This document shows positions 44,631 to 54,590 of a stretch of DNA of 64,000 nt, piece by piece (positions within the stretch are counted from its first letter, which is position 1; each line of letters starts with the position of its first letter). Source of the stretch: Bacteroidales bacterium. Lineage in GTDB: Bacteria > Bacteroidota > Bacteroidia > Bacteroidales > JAADJA01. Both the position numbers and the translations under genes were made by a program. Below the pieces are notes generated by a model. That model had not been told where the DNA came from, ran no database searches, and worked only from the letters and a program-made list of their open reading frames with translations. The stretch covers positions 2,451-66,450 of the forward strand of contig JALSSR010000090.1 in NCBI GenBank assembly GCA_026984135.1, read 5' to 3'.

Positions 44631-45785
44631 TTAAACCGCTTCCTCAAATGCTTTTGCTGTTTTTTCGGGTGTTGACCTTAGCAAAGTCGCGTTTATCTTC
44701 ATCTTAAATCCGTTGAAAGACTTGTCGGGAGCAGGGATCAATATATCCCTTTTTTTAAGATTGTCCCTGAACTTTTCTCTGTCGGGAATATCCGTGTATA
44801 GTTTGAAAACGTTTGTCCCGTTGGGAATCCTTTCTATTTTAAAGGTTGAATTCTTTTCAAGCAGCCCAAACAGTTGTTCCGCCTGTTTTACCGATTGTGA
44901 GTAATCATCCGAAAAGGAGTCGAGATAATGATTAGCCACTGCAGCAAAGGGCCAAACCTGCGGCATTCCGCCTCCGAACATTCTTCTCACATGAAACAGA
45001 TTCTTTGTGAACTCTTTGGGGCCTGCCAAAACAGCTCCCGAAGCGGCATTGAAGTCCTTATAAAGTGAAACGTAAACAGTATCGAACATGGATGCAAAGT
45101 CCGACGGACTCTTCCCCGAGTGCACACAGGCGTTGAACATCCTTGCCCCGTCGAGGTGCATCTTAATACCTTTTTCCTTGGCATACGACGCGATGGTTTT
45201 CATCATCTCAAAGTCAAACATCTCATTGTCCTTTCTACGTACCGGTGATTCAATGGAGATCACACCTACACCTGTTTTAACTCTGCCGTTTTCCGTCTGT
45301 TCCACTACATTTTTTACATCGTCAAGCGTAAATGTAGCTTTGTTTCGGGCTATCGGAATCAGGTTCAGTCCGCTCAGTTTTTGGGCACAGTCACCCGAGT
45401 CGTTGTAAAGATGGCTTTCGGCTTGTACTATCACCCTGTCGTTTTTGCCTGATAATTCCCTGACAGCAATATGATTAGCCAGTGTTCCCGTAGGCATAAA
45501 AACGGCACTCTCTTTCCCGAGAATTTCAGCCATTCGTTTTTCGAGTTTTTCAACAATCCCGAAGCGGGAATAGCTGTCGGATTTGATACCCTCTCTCACT
45601 ACTATTTCATCCAATAGTGTCGAATATTCCTTTGGTGTCAGGTCAAGACCGTCACGTGTAAATTTAACCGTTTTCCACTCTTTCTCCACCTCAAAACTCT
45701 GATGTTTTCCGGCAAAACCGGAAAGGGGTGTTGTTACTGCAAACGCTGCCGCACTACTTGCTTTGATAAAATCTCTTCGTTTCAT
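44631..45785 (-). CDS. PLP-dependent threonine aldolase / beta-eliminating-lyase family protein with a Tat-type signal
   Basis: The N-terminus is MKRRDFIKASSAAAFAVTTPLSGFAG, a twin-arginine motif. FMPTGTLANHIA and VSLYKDFNAASGAVLAG resemble threonine aldolase motifs. Confidence 0.7.
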   Translation of the reverse strand: MKRRDFIKASSAAAFAVTTPLSGFAGKHQSFEVEKEWKTVKFTRDGLDLTPKEYSTLLDEIVVREGIKSDSYSRFGIVEKLEKRMAEILGKESAVFMPTGTLANHIAVRELSGKNDRVIVQAESHLYNDSGDCAQKLSGLNLIPIARNKATFTLDDVKNVVEQTENGRVKTGVGVISIESPVRRKDNEMFDFEMMKTIASYAKEKGIKMHLDGARMFNACVHSGKSPSDFASMFDTVYVSLYKDFNAASGAVLAGPKEFTKNLFHVRRMFGGGMPQVWPFAAVANHYLDSFSDDYSQSVKQAEQLFGLLEKNSTFKIERIPNGTNVFKLYTDIPDREKFRDNLKKRDILIPAPDKSFNGFKMKINATLLRSTPEKTAKAFEEAV

Positions 45786-45787
45786 AT

Positions 45788-48061
45788 TTAATCTCCGTGA
45801 GGTTTAAGTACAGGTAATTTTTTGCTGTTTTTCAGGTATTTGTCAAACCACTTTTTAATCATTTCGTACTGTTCTTTTTTAAATTCCGTCAGTCCGTGGT
45901 CACCGCCTTCGAACATTACAAGGCGGTAGGGGACTTTTTCTTTTTGGAAAGCCAGAGCCATATTCAGCGACTCTTCAGGCATCACGCGCCAGTCGGCTGT
46001 TCCGTGAAGCAATAGAACAGGTGTTGTTTTGCAAATTTCATTCACACGCGTTATCGCCGACCTTACAGAGAGCAAAGAATCCTTATACTCCCAATAATCC
46101 GGCATCAACTCACTGTAAACCCACGCCTCCATTTCATTTCCTCTGTTTTCGTTCATCATACGCAGGTCAGCGGCACCGCCTACAACCACGGCAGCTTTAA
46201 AACGGCAGGTGTGCATCATTGCAAGATATGTCATCATTCCGCCGCGGCTTCTTCCGTATATCCCTATTTTTGAAGTGTCAACATTAGGAAGCGATTCAAG
46301 CAATGGAATCAGGTTAAGTACATCATCCACATCTGCGCCGCCGAACTCCTCTTTTCCTTCTCCACCGTCATTTCCACGATACTGACTTCCTATGACCACA
46401 TATCCCCAACTAGCAACTCTTGCAAGCAGTTTGGCCATCTTTTTCGGGTTTAGCTTTGCAAATTCACGATTACCCCCGCGGTTATAAATTATTGCAGGGT
46501 GTTTCTTCCTGTCGTTGGGATAAGCAAGGTACGCCTTTACCTTCAAACCGTCGCTGACATAATAGAGTTCTTCGGTAATTACTTTGTCAAGATATTTGAA
46601 ACCGGATTTTAACATCCTTTCACCTGCGACTTTTGTTTCAACGGCATTCACAACGGCCGTATCCGCGAAGATATCCATCGGCTGCCTTGAAATGATCATC
46701 CCGTCCGGATCGTCAGAATAATCCGTTTTTCCCTTAAGCAATTTTTCTCTGTTAATGATTTTTCCATTACTGATCAGTATGGAGATCTTCCACGTATTTT
46801 CAAGGTTTTCCAGCGGATTTTTATCCAGTATCAAAATGTCGGGCTCAAATCCTTTTTCGATACTACCTGTTTTCCAGCGGAAAGCATCCGCAAAATTTGT
46901 AGTGGCTGCAGCCAGCACTTCCCGGTTAGAGAGGCCGATGCGATGAAGTAACTCAAGTTCCGTGTGAAGTGAAATCCCAGGCATTGTACCCCAAACATCC
47001 GTTGCACTACCTGCAAGGTAGCGACAACCTGCTTTTCTGTAAACAGACTCTATTTTTAGTTCCTGCCGAGCCATTGCAGTGTAATTCTTTTGCACATCTT
47101 CAGAATAGTCGTGTTTTCCGGTGCTTTTATCAACGGGATTATTGATGTATTTTGCCTTGATAATCCCTGCGACGGGTTTGAGCCAGGGATTACTGCTTCC
47201 CGGCAGGTCGGCATACAGAAGGCTCATTGTAGGCATTAAATAAGAGTGTGAAGAAGCAAGAATCTTTGCGTGTTCTTTCAAAGCCTTGTCGGAGGTATCA
47301 AGGCTGTACAAATACCGGTAATACTTCCATTTAGGACTGTTGAGGTCATCGCTGAAGGGATGAGCGGCAACCGCTTTTCTCATCTCCGGCGGGGCTACAT
47401 CAAGTGAATAGCGGGTGGTGTGTACAAATGCATCAACTCCGTATTCACAACCTTGCTGATAGCTTGTAAACCCAAGTTCTCCAATGGTTCCCATATTAAA
47501 CCGGCGGGCACTGTCAACCAATAACTTAACCTGTTCAGATCTCAATTCATATTTGAGCAGGGCAATCTTGTATTTCTCTTCATAAAGCTTTCTCAAATCA
47601 AAAAGCTGCGATGAATCCGGTTTGGGAAAATCGCCAACGGATTCAAGCATATAAAAATCGGGTGAGGGATCGGCAAAATAGAAAAATGGTCCCCTTCTGC
47701 CTCCTTCCACTCCTATTATCGTTGTAATGCCCGAGTAGAGAAAAGCATTGGCATAAGCCTGATTGTTCATCACGGCAAAACCGTCAATGAGTCCGGGCAT
47801 TATATATTTTCCGGAAGCGTCAATAACTTTGGCACCTGTCGGAAATTTATTCCTGTCTGAAAGCCTTCCCACTTCCAAAATCGAATCCCCGGAATAGATA
47901 ATATAACCCTCCTTAATATCCTTTCCGGTCTTGCCGTTACCCGAAAGGTCAATGATGATTCCTCCTTTAACAATAGTAATATCGGACTGTTGAGGTTTGT
48001 TTCTTATGCAGGAAAACAGTAGCAAGAAAAGCGGAATAACGTAGATAAATATCTTTCTCAT
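45788..48061 (-). CDS. Lipoprotein fusion: amidohydrolase-like domain + S9 (prolyl oligopeptidase/alpha-beta hydrolase) domain
   Basis: I place the start at M35 (MRKIFIYVIPLFLLLFSC, lipobox). The N-terminal half has the PGLIDG... amidohydrolase-like fold motif. The C-terminal half has GRSRGG (GxSxGG), HGTADWRV and GGDHGL. Confidence 0.75.
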   Translation of the reverse strand: MRKIFIYVIPLFLLLFSCIRNKPQQSDITIVKGGIIIDLSGNGKTGKDIKEGYIIYSGDSILEVGRLSDRNKFPTGAKVIDASGKYIMPGLIDGFAVMNNQAYANAFLYSGITTIIGVEGGRRGPFFYFADPSPDFYMLESVGDFPKPDSSQLFDLRKLYEEKYKIALLKYELRSEQVKLLVDSARRFNMGTIGELGFTSYQQGCEYGVDAFVHTTRYSLDVAPPEMRKAVAAHPFSDDLNSPKWKYYRYLYSLDTSDKALKEHAKILASSHSYLMPTMSLLYADLPGSSNPWLKPVAGIIKAKYINNPVDKSTGKHDYSEDVQKNYTAMARQELKIESVYRKAGCRYLAGSATDVWGTMPGISLHTELELLHRIGLSNREVLAAATTNFADAFRWKTGSIEKGFEPDILILDKNPLENLENTWKISILISNGKIINREKLLKGKTDYSDDPDGMIISRQPMDIFADTAVVNAVETKVAGERMLKSGFKYLDKVITEELYYVSDGLKVKAYLAYPNDRKKHPAIIYNRGGNREFAKLNPKKMAKLLARVASWGYVVIGSQYRGNDGGEGKEEFGGADVDDVLNLIPLLESLPNVDTSKIGIYGRSRGGMMTYLAMMHTCRFKAAVVVGGAADLRMMNENRGNEMEAWVYSELMPDYWEYKDSLLSVRSAITRVNEICKTTPVLLLHGTADWRVMPEESLNMALAFQKEKVPYRLVMFEGGDHGLTEFKKEQYEMIKKWFDKYLKNSKKLPVLKPHGD

Positions 48062-48187
48062 ATTATCATCATTAATGGATATAGAGCACGAAAGTAGTAA
48101 AATATCGGGAAATTTCTTGGTTATATTTGAAATTATTAATAATATTGCTGTCGAAAAAAACAATCAATCCTTTAGATTTATCAACTT

Positions 48188-50239
48188 ATGAAAAACTTAT
48201 CACTTTACAGAATTTTTCATCTCTGTTTACTTTTAATTATCGCTTTCGATTCATATTCCCAAAAGGAGCCTATGAAATTTGGAAAGATTGACCAAAACAA
48301 TCTGAAAATGACCGTGTATGAAGCGGATACAAATGCGGGTGCGGTAATATTATTTGATTTTGGAAAGACTTACTTTGAATATAATGAAAGTTTGGGCAGG
48401 TTCCAACTTCATTTTGACAGACACGTAAGGGTAAAAATATTTGATAAAAAAGAGTACGGCTGGGCCGACTGGTCAATTCCCCTCAGGATTTCGGGTTCAA
48501 GTGTTGAGAAGCTATCGGAGCTGAAAGGTGTAACATTTAATCTGGAGAACGGGAAGACTGAGAAATCAAAATTATCGGGGAAAAATATTTATGACGAAGA
48601 TGTTCACGAATATCTTAAACGTACAAAATTTGCAATGCCAAACGTTAAAGAAGGCTCCATTATTGATATAAAATATTCCATAACTTCCGACCTGATTTAC
48701 TATATTCACGACTGGTATTTTCAGTATGATATACCTGTAATGTGGAGTGAATATACCGTTGAAATTCCGGAATATTATATTTTTAAAAAAATCGTTAGCG
48801 GTTACGTGCCGATGAGCGTTTATGAAAATGAGACAAAGCAGGATAAAGTTGTACTTCGGGAAAAAGTTAGAACAGGGGGACAGGGATTCTCAACAGCACA
48901 AACACATTATAGTACATCGGAAGTTGAGTTTCAAAAAGAGTATTACCACTTTATAGCTAAGGATGTTCCTGCATTTATTGAGGAGCAGCCAATGACTTCA
49001 AAAGAGAACTATATTAGCAAGGCTGAATTTGAACTGTCAATGATTAAACCCGGATATGGTACTTTGTCCGATTATTCTACATCCTGGAAAGCTATTAACA
49101 AAACATTGCTGAACAATACCTATTTTGGTGCTAAAATAAAAAGTGGCGGGGGTTTTCTGAAAGATGAGGTTGAAAGGATTATGTCCGAATACCCTGATGA
49201 GAAATCAAGAATGGAGGCGGCATATTCTTTCATAAAAAACCGTATGGAATGGGATGGCTTTGATTCGAAATATATAAACACCTCTCTTAAGGATGCATAC
49301 GGTAAAAAGACCGGTAACAGCGCCGATATTAATCTGATGCTGGTTTTGATGCTGCGAAAACTTGGAATTGATTCCGATCCTGTGATTTTAAAAACCAGAG
49401 ATGAAGGGTTTATACGCGAAGATTATCCTACCCTTTTCGGTATTAATTTTGTTATTGCCAGTGCATTGATTGATTCTGCAAGAATATTGATGGATGCCAC
49501 AACCGGATTTTTGCCTTGTGGAATGCTGCCGATAAGAGATTTGAATAAAAAAGGAAGGCTTATATCCGAAACCAAACCCGGATGGGTTGACCTTAAACCT
49601 GCCTCCGGTTATAAATTCCTCTCAATGAATACCATTACAATGGATGAAACCGGAACCTTTACAGGCTCTATACAAAGATCATATCAGGGTTATGCGGCTT
49701 ATGATGTCAGACAAAAACTAAGCGGTTACAATAATAATGATGAATATATTGCCGAAGTTGAGGATAAAAATGAAGGATTGAAAATCAACAGTTATAAAAT
49801 TGAAAATGTTGATGATTTGACAAAGCCCGTTAAAGAAAAGTTTGAAGTTACAATATCTGATCAGGCGGAAGATGCAGGCAATATGATATATTTCAATCCT
49901 TTGTTTTATCAGGCAATAACCGAAAATCCTTTCAAACTGAAGAAACGTGTTTATCCCGTTGAATATCCCTATAAAAAAGACCTTACTCTTATGCTGAACT
50001 TCACTGTTCCCGAAGGTTATAGAGTTGAAGAGGTGCCTGAAAACGCAGTTGTTAAATTGCCTGAAAATGGTGGTATATTTATTTACAAAATTACAAAAAT
50101 GGGGCAGATACTTCAGGTATTAACAAAACTGAAAATTACAAAGGAAATGTTTGTTCCTGAAGATTACGAATCGCTGAAAGAGTTTTACAATATCATTATT
50201 GCTAAGCATGCGGAGCAGATTGTGCTTGTTAAAGAATAA
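48188..50239 (+). CDS. DUF3857 / transglutaminase-like domain protein (catalytic Cys not conserved)
   Basis: A signal peptide is present. It is paralogous in layout to the next gene. At the position of the TGase core it reads GNSADINLMLVLMLRKLGI. Confidence 0.65.
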   Translation: MKNLSLYRIFHLCLLLIIAFDSYSQKEPMKFGKIDQNNLKMTVYEADTNAGAVILFDFGKTYFEYNESLGRFQLHFDRHVRVKIFDKKEYGWADWSIPLRISGSSVEKLSELKGVTFNLENGKTEKSKLSGKNIYDEDVHEYLKRTKFAMPNVKEGSIIDIKYSITSDLIYYIHDWYFQYDIPVMWSEYTVEIPEYYIFKKIVSGYVPMSVYENETKQDKVVLREKVRTGGQGFSTAQTHYSTSEVEFQKEYYHFIAKDVPAFIEEQPMTSKENYISKAEFELSMIKPGYGTLSDYSTSWKAINKTLLNNTYFGAKIKSGGGFLKDEVERIMSEYPDEKSRMEAAYSFIKNRMEWDGFDSKYINTSLKDAYGKKTGNSADINLMLVLMLRKLGIDSDPVILKTRDEGFIREDYPTLFGINFVIASALIDSARILMDATTGFLPCGMLPIRDLNKKGRLISETKPGWVDLKPASGYKFLSMNTITMDETGTFTGSIQRSYQGYAAYDVRQKLSGYNNNDEYIAEVEDKNEGLKINSYKIENVDDLTKPVKEKFEVTISDQAEDAGNMIYFNPLFYQAITENPFKLKKRVYPVEYPYKKDLTLMLNFTVPEGYRVEEVPENAVVKLPENGGIFIYKITKMGQILQVLTKLKITKEMFVPEDYESLKEFYNIIIAKHAEQIVLVKE

Positions 50240-50243
50240 GAGT

Positions 50244-52145
50244 ATGGTAAGATATTGCATTCTTCTTTTTCTTTTTCTTCCATCATATCTGATTGGCAGT
50301 GAATCTGTTTATCCTGTCTTTGAGATACCGGACACACTTCTGAAAAATGCAAATGCAGTAATCAGAAACAGTGAAATATCCTATGATATAATTTCGGATC
50401 ATAAAGTTAATATGCATATCGTAAATGCGATTACCATTTTAAATAAAAATGGTGATGATTACTCCAAATTTATTGCCTTCTACAATAAAAATATAAAAAT
50501 AGGTTATATCGGGATCAAAATATATGATTTTTCAGGTAAATATATAAAAAGAGCAACAGCTTCCGAGATTTACGACCAAAGTATAATTTCCGGCTTTTCG
50601 TTGTATGAAGATAACAGAGTTAAAATGTACGATCCCAACGTGTCGAAATACCCTTACACAGTTGTTTTTACATATAATTATACTTTCGACGGAATAGTAT
50701 ATTATCCTGAATGGATGCCCCAGAGGTATAATGATGTTTCGGTTATGACAGCTTCGTTAAAGGTTACAACAGGCAAAAATACCGGAATACGGTATTATGC
50801 AAAAAATTTTAACGGTGAACCTGAAATTGATAGCTTAAAAGGTAAAATTCAATATATTTGGAGAGTTGGCTCCTTACCGGCTTCCGGCAAGGAACCATAT
50901 AGCCCTCCTGCCGGCGAATACCGGCCGGTGGTTTATCTTGCACCGGCAAATTTTTCCTATGAAGGGTACGACGGGGATATGAACTCGTGGAAAGACTTCG
51001 GGTTGTGGGTTGATAAGCTTTTGAAAAAAAGAAATGACCTTCCTGAAGAGAGCGTACAAAAAATAAAAGATCTGGTAGCTTCAACCACGGATACCATTGA
51101 AAAGATCCGGCTAATATACAAGTATGTTCAGGAAAATACGCGTTATGTCAGTATTCAGCTTGGGATAGGTGGATTTCAGCCCTTTAAAACATCAACGGTT
51201 GATAAGGTAGGATACGGTGACTGTAAGGCGCTTTCGTTTTATACAAAGTCGTTGCTTGAAGCGGCTGGTATAAAAGCCAATTACACGCTTGTCAATGCCG
51301 GAGCCGGGAAACCGGAAATAATTAAGGATTTCCCTTCCCAGCAATTCAATCACGTTATTCTGAATGTACCGGTTAAAGATGACACAATATGGCTCGAATG
51401 TACCAATCAGGAGATGCCCTTCGGGTTTCTCGGCGATTTTACCGACAGCAGGTATGTTTTGAATATTTCGGACAAAGGCGGGGAACTGATCCGTACACCG
51501 GGCTATCCGCAGAAGCAAAACCAAAAAAACTGTTTTGCGCAAATGAAAACCGGTAGTGATGGTGATATCCGCGGAAAAATTGTGTTGACAATGAAAGGTC
51601 TTATGTATGACGAGGTTTTCGGATTTGTCCACGATGATGCGAGGGAACAAAAAAAATGGCTGCATAAAAATCTGGATATCCCGGAGTTTGATATCCTGGA
51701 TTTTCAAATAACCCAAAGCGGCGAAAGAATACCACAGGCCAAAATAACTATTGACTTGAAAGTACCGCGATATTGTTCGGTTACGGGAAAACGAATGTTC
51801 CTGCCGCTTAATATGGTTGACAAATTAAAAGAAATACCCAAAGATGATGACAAGAGAAATACCGATATTTGGCTTAAGCGCTCTTTCATAGTCTCCGATA
51901 CCGTGATCTTTGATCTACCCCCGGGTTATCATCCCGAACATATTCCCGAAGCAAAATCTTTCAAATCAACCTTTGGTGAATATTCGTGCAAAACCGTTGC
52001 CGATAGCGGTAAAGTGGTCTATTTACGGACCTTTAAAGTCAACAAAGGATTATACCCCAAGGAATTGTATCCCGAATTTAAAGATTTTTACAGAAAAGTG
52101 GTCAAAAGCGATAAAGCTAAACTGGTGTTGAAGAAAACCGAATAG
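50244..52145 (+). CDS. DUF3857 / transglutaminase-like / DUF3858-type protein (Cys present)
   Basis: I place the start at M16 (MVRYCILLFLFLPSYLIG). The TGase core motif is GYGDCKALSFYTKSLLEAAGI, followed by FNHVIL. Confidence 0.7.
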   Translation: MVRYCILLFLFLPSYLIGSESVYPVFEIPDTLLKNANAVIRNSEISYDIISDHKVNMHIVNAITILNKNGDDYSKFIAFYNKNIKIGYIGIKIYDFSGKYIKRATASEIYDQSIISGFSLYEDNRVKMYDPNVSKYPYTVVFTYNYTFDGIVYYPEWMPQRYNDVSVMTASLKVTTGKNTGIRYYAKNFNGEPEIDSLKGKIQYIWRVGSLPASGKEPYSPPAGEYRPVVYLAPANFSYEGYDGDMNSWKDFGLWVDKLLKKRNDLPEESVQKIKDLVASTTDTIEKIRLIYKYVQENTRYVSIQLGIGGFQPFKTSTVDKVGYGDCKALSFYTKSLLEAAGIKANYTLVNAGAGKPEIIKDFPSQQFNHVILNVPVKDDTIWLECTNQEMPFGFLGDFTDSRYVLNISDKGGELIRTPGYPQKQNQKNCFAQMKTGSDGDIRGKIVLTMKGLMYDEVFGFVHDDAREQKKWLHKNLDIPEFDILDFQITQSGERIPQAKITIDLKVPRYCSVTGKRMFLPLNMVDKLKEIPKDDDKRNTDIWLKRSFIVSDTVIFDLPPGYHPEHIPEAKSFKSTFGEYSCKTVADSGKVVYLRTFKVNKGLYPKELYPEFKDFYRKVVKSDKAKLVLKKTE

Positions 52146-52191
52146 GACGGTGGATATGAAATGTTATTTACGGATTTCCCGGTATATTTAA

Positions 52192-52199
52192 TATTTTTG
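52192..52199 (+). promoter_or_regulatory. -7 box TATTTTTG
   Basis: This is an exact TAnnTTTG match 33 nt upstream of the ATG at 52232. Confidence 0.4.
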
Positions 52200-52231
52200 T
52201 ATTTTTATAATTAACTTTTAAATCTTGAATT

Positions 52232-53089
52232 ATGAATGTTAAATCAATCAATTATACACTTATAATATTGATTATTAGTGTATTGAGTTTGTCTGTTGCA
52301 TACTCTCAAAGTTCACAAATAGGTCCCAATGAGGTAGGTAACGAGTTTTGGGGCTTCAAGTTCGTACCTCCACAAGGCTGGGTGTATCAGGTTGAGTCAG
52401 ACGGTATTTATTTGGGGCATAATACCATAGCAGGACTAATTTATGTAATGCCACATCACACCGGCAATATTTCGGAAATGAAACAGGAGATGCAACAAGG
52501 TTTACAGGAAGAAGGAACATATCTCACCCCCTCGGGAAATATAAGTTCGATGAATGAGAATACGCTGACAGCCGATTATAAAGGCTATGTTGACGGTACC
52601 GAAGCAAAAGCCAAAGGGTTTGGAGTGCTTTCTCCCTATGGAGGAGGTGCATACATTTTAGCTGTTAGTACTCCCGCTATGTTGAGTGACGATTTGATAA
52701 ATGCGGCTAAAACAATTGTAAAAAGAATGAAATTCATAAAGACGGAGTCAACAGAGCTGACAAGTCATTTTGTGGGCAAATGGACAACCTACACGAAAAA
52801 TACCACAACGGAGATTTATCTTTATCCAAACGGCACCTACTCCGATTCTTACGAGGCGGCATATTCCGGAAACCTTGGTGGCGGCGGAAACTGGGGTAAT
52901 GCTAATCAAAGCGGCGGAAACGGCAGATGGAGTGTGAAAGGTAATCTGGAAAGCGGTAAAATTATGATAACAACATCATCGGGTGAGCAGTATATTTATG
53001 ATTATCGGGTTCACGTTGAGAACGGACAAACATATTATGGCGAATATTGGTTTAACGGAACTCTATATTCCAAATCGGGAATAGAATGA
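52232..53089 (+). CDS. Secreted hypothetical protein
   Basis: The signal peptide is MNVKSINYTLIILIISVLSLSVAYSQ. I recognised no family. Confidence 0.6.
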   Translation: MNVKSINYTLIILIISVLSLSVAYSQSSQIGPNEVGNEFWGFKFVPPQGWVYQVESDGIYLGHNTIAGLIYVMPHHTGNISEMKQEMQQGLQEEGTYLTPSGNISSMNENTLTADYKGYVDGTEAKAKGFGVLSPYGGGAYILAVSTPAMLSDDLINAAKTIVKRMKFIKTESTELTSHFVGKWTTYTKNTTTEIYLYPNGTYSDSYEAAYSGNLGGGGNWGNANQSGGNGRWSVKGNLESGKIMITTSSGEQYIYDYRVHVENGQTYYGEYWFNGTLYSKSGIE

Positions 53090-53248
53090 TTATTACGCGA
53101 TATTATTATCCCATTTCCAAAATTATCCTATAATTTCGAGACGGGTATAATAAAATTATCAAAAAGGTATTATGAACTTTGATAAAACGAAACATTAACA
53201 ACAAACAAAAAACGACTGAATAGCAATAAAATACAAAATCACAAATAG

Positions 53249-54190
53249 ATGAAAATAACAGACCTTTTCAATATCGAATATCCCGTTATTCAGGGCGGGA
53301 TGATTTGGTGCAGCGGCTGGGAACTGGCTTCTGCCGTTAGCAATGCCGGAGGTCTCGGCTTGATAGGTTCCGGGTCAATGTATCCTGAGGTTCTTCGTGA
53401 GCATATTGTAAAATGTAAGGCTGCAACAAATAATCCGTTCGGAGTGAATGTACCGCTTTTATATCCTCAAACGGACGAGCACATTAAAATAATAATTGAA
53501 GAAGGAGTGAAAATCGTATTTACGTCGGCCGGTAATCCGAAAAAATATACATCATTTTTAAAAGAAAACGGCATTACGGTAGTTCATGTGGTTGCCAATG
53601 TGAAGTTTGCAAAAAAATGTGAGGAGGCGGGTGTTGACGCAGTTGTTGCCGAAGGTTTTGAAGCCGGCGGACATAACGGTTTTGAGGAGACAACCACAAT
53701 GGCACTCATACCGCAGGTTCGCAAAGCCGTTTCCCTTCCTTTGATAGCCGCAGGAGGGATAGGTACGGGCAGGACAATGCTTGCGGCTATGGCTCTCGGC
53801 GCCGACGGTGTACAGATAGGAAGCCGCTTTGTGGCTTCGGAAGAGTCTTCAGCTCATCCGGCATTTAAAAAGGCTGTTATAGAAGCAGGCGACGGCGACA
53901 CAAAACTTGCATTGAAAAAACTGGTGCCTGTTAGACTCATCAAAAATGAGTTCTTTAACAGAATCAGCGAGGCCGAAAACAACGGAGCATCACGTGATGA
54001 GCTTATGGAGATGCTTGGCAAAGGTCGTGCTAAACTGGGAATGTTTCAGGGGGATGTTGATGAAGGTGAACTCGAAATCGGACAAATATCCGGATTGATT
54101 GATGAAATAAAACCCGCAGGAAAGATAATTGAAGAAATAATGGAAGAATTTGAACTTGCAAAAAAATATATGTGTGAGTTTAATTTATAG
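53249..54190 (+). CDS. NMO-family FMN oxidoreductase (nitronate monooxygenase / FabK-like enoyl-ACP reductase)
   Basis: The motifs are YPVIQGGM, AEGFEAGGH, AAGGIGTG and GADGVQIGSRF. Confidence 0.75.
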   Translation: MKITDLFNIEYPVIQGGMIWCSGWELASAVSNAGGLGLIGSGSMYPEVLREHIVKCKAATNNPFGVNVPLLYPQTDEHIKIIIEEGVKIVFTSAGNPKKYTSFLKENGITVVHVVANVKFAKKCEEAGVDAVVAEGFEAGGHNGFEETTTMALIPQVRKAVSLPLIAAGGIGTGRTMLAAMALGADGVQIGSRFVASEESSAHPAFKKAVIEAGDGDTKLALKKLVPVRLIKNEFFNRISEAENNGASRDELMEMLGKGRAKLGMFQGDVDEGELEIGQISGLIDEIKPAGKIIEEIMEEFELAKKYMCEFNL

Positions 54191-54310
54191 TTCGTTCTTT
54201 ATTTTTTTTAACTCATAAAACCATAACTGTTTACGGCAAAACCACCTACTATAAGGTATCTGACCCCGTAATTATTAAGAGCCGCTAATGTTTCCGTATA
54301 AAAGTCAAAG

Positions 54311-54499
54311 CTATTCATTGGTAAGTGTAAAATTTGTCTCCTCGGGTAATACCCCGTTTTCATACTGTATGCGTACCATAATCTCCGATAGTTGGCAGGT
54401 TATAAAAAAACGTTCTTCATCGGAAAGACGCCTGAATGCTTCACGCATTGCCGATTCATCCTCCGAAAATCCCGTTGATATTTCTATTTCTTTTTCCAA
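54311..54499 (-). CDS. Possible small hypothetical protein (62 aa, TTG start)
   Basis: The composition is protein-like (MEKEIEISTGFSEDESAMREAFRRLSDEERFF...). A - strand TAAATTTG box lies at 54519-54526, 20 nt upstream. The ORF competes with an implausible + strand ORF. Confidence 0.35.
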   Translation of the reverse strand: MEKEIEISTGFSEDESAMREAFRRLSDEERFFITCQLSEIMVRIQYENGVLPEETNFTLTNE

Positions 54500-54539
54500 A
54501 ATTACCTGTATTTCTTTGCAAATTTACTTGTTTTTTAAA

Positions 54540-54547
54540 TATCTTTG
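54540..54547 (+). promoter_or_regulatory. -7 box TATCTTTG
   Basis: This is an exact TAnnTTTG match 44 nt upstream of the ATG at 54591. Confidence 0.45.
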
Positions 54548-54590
54548 CTGACGGATAAACCTTAATTTTTTATCATCGTATGAAATAGAG

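Noticed and set aside
54288-54551. I considered the + strand 87-aa ORF in the gap after the NMO-family gene.
   Set aside because: The composition is Ser/Cys/Ile-rich and unlike a protein. There is no promoter box, and the opposite-strand ORF has better support.
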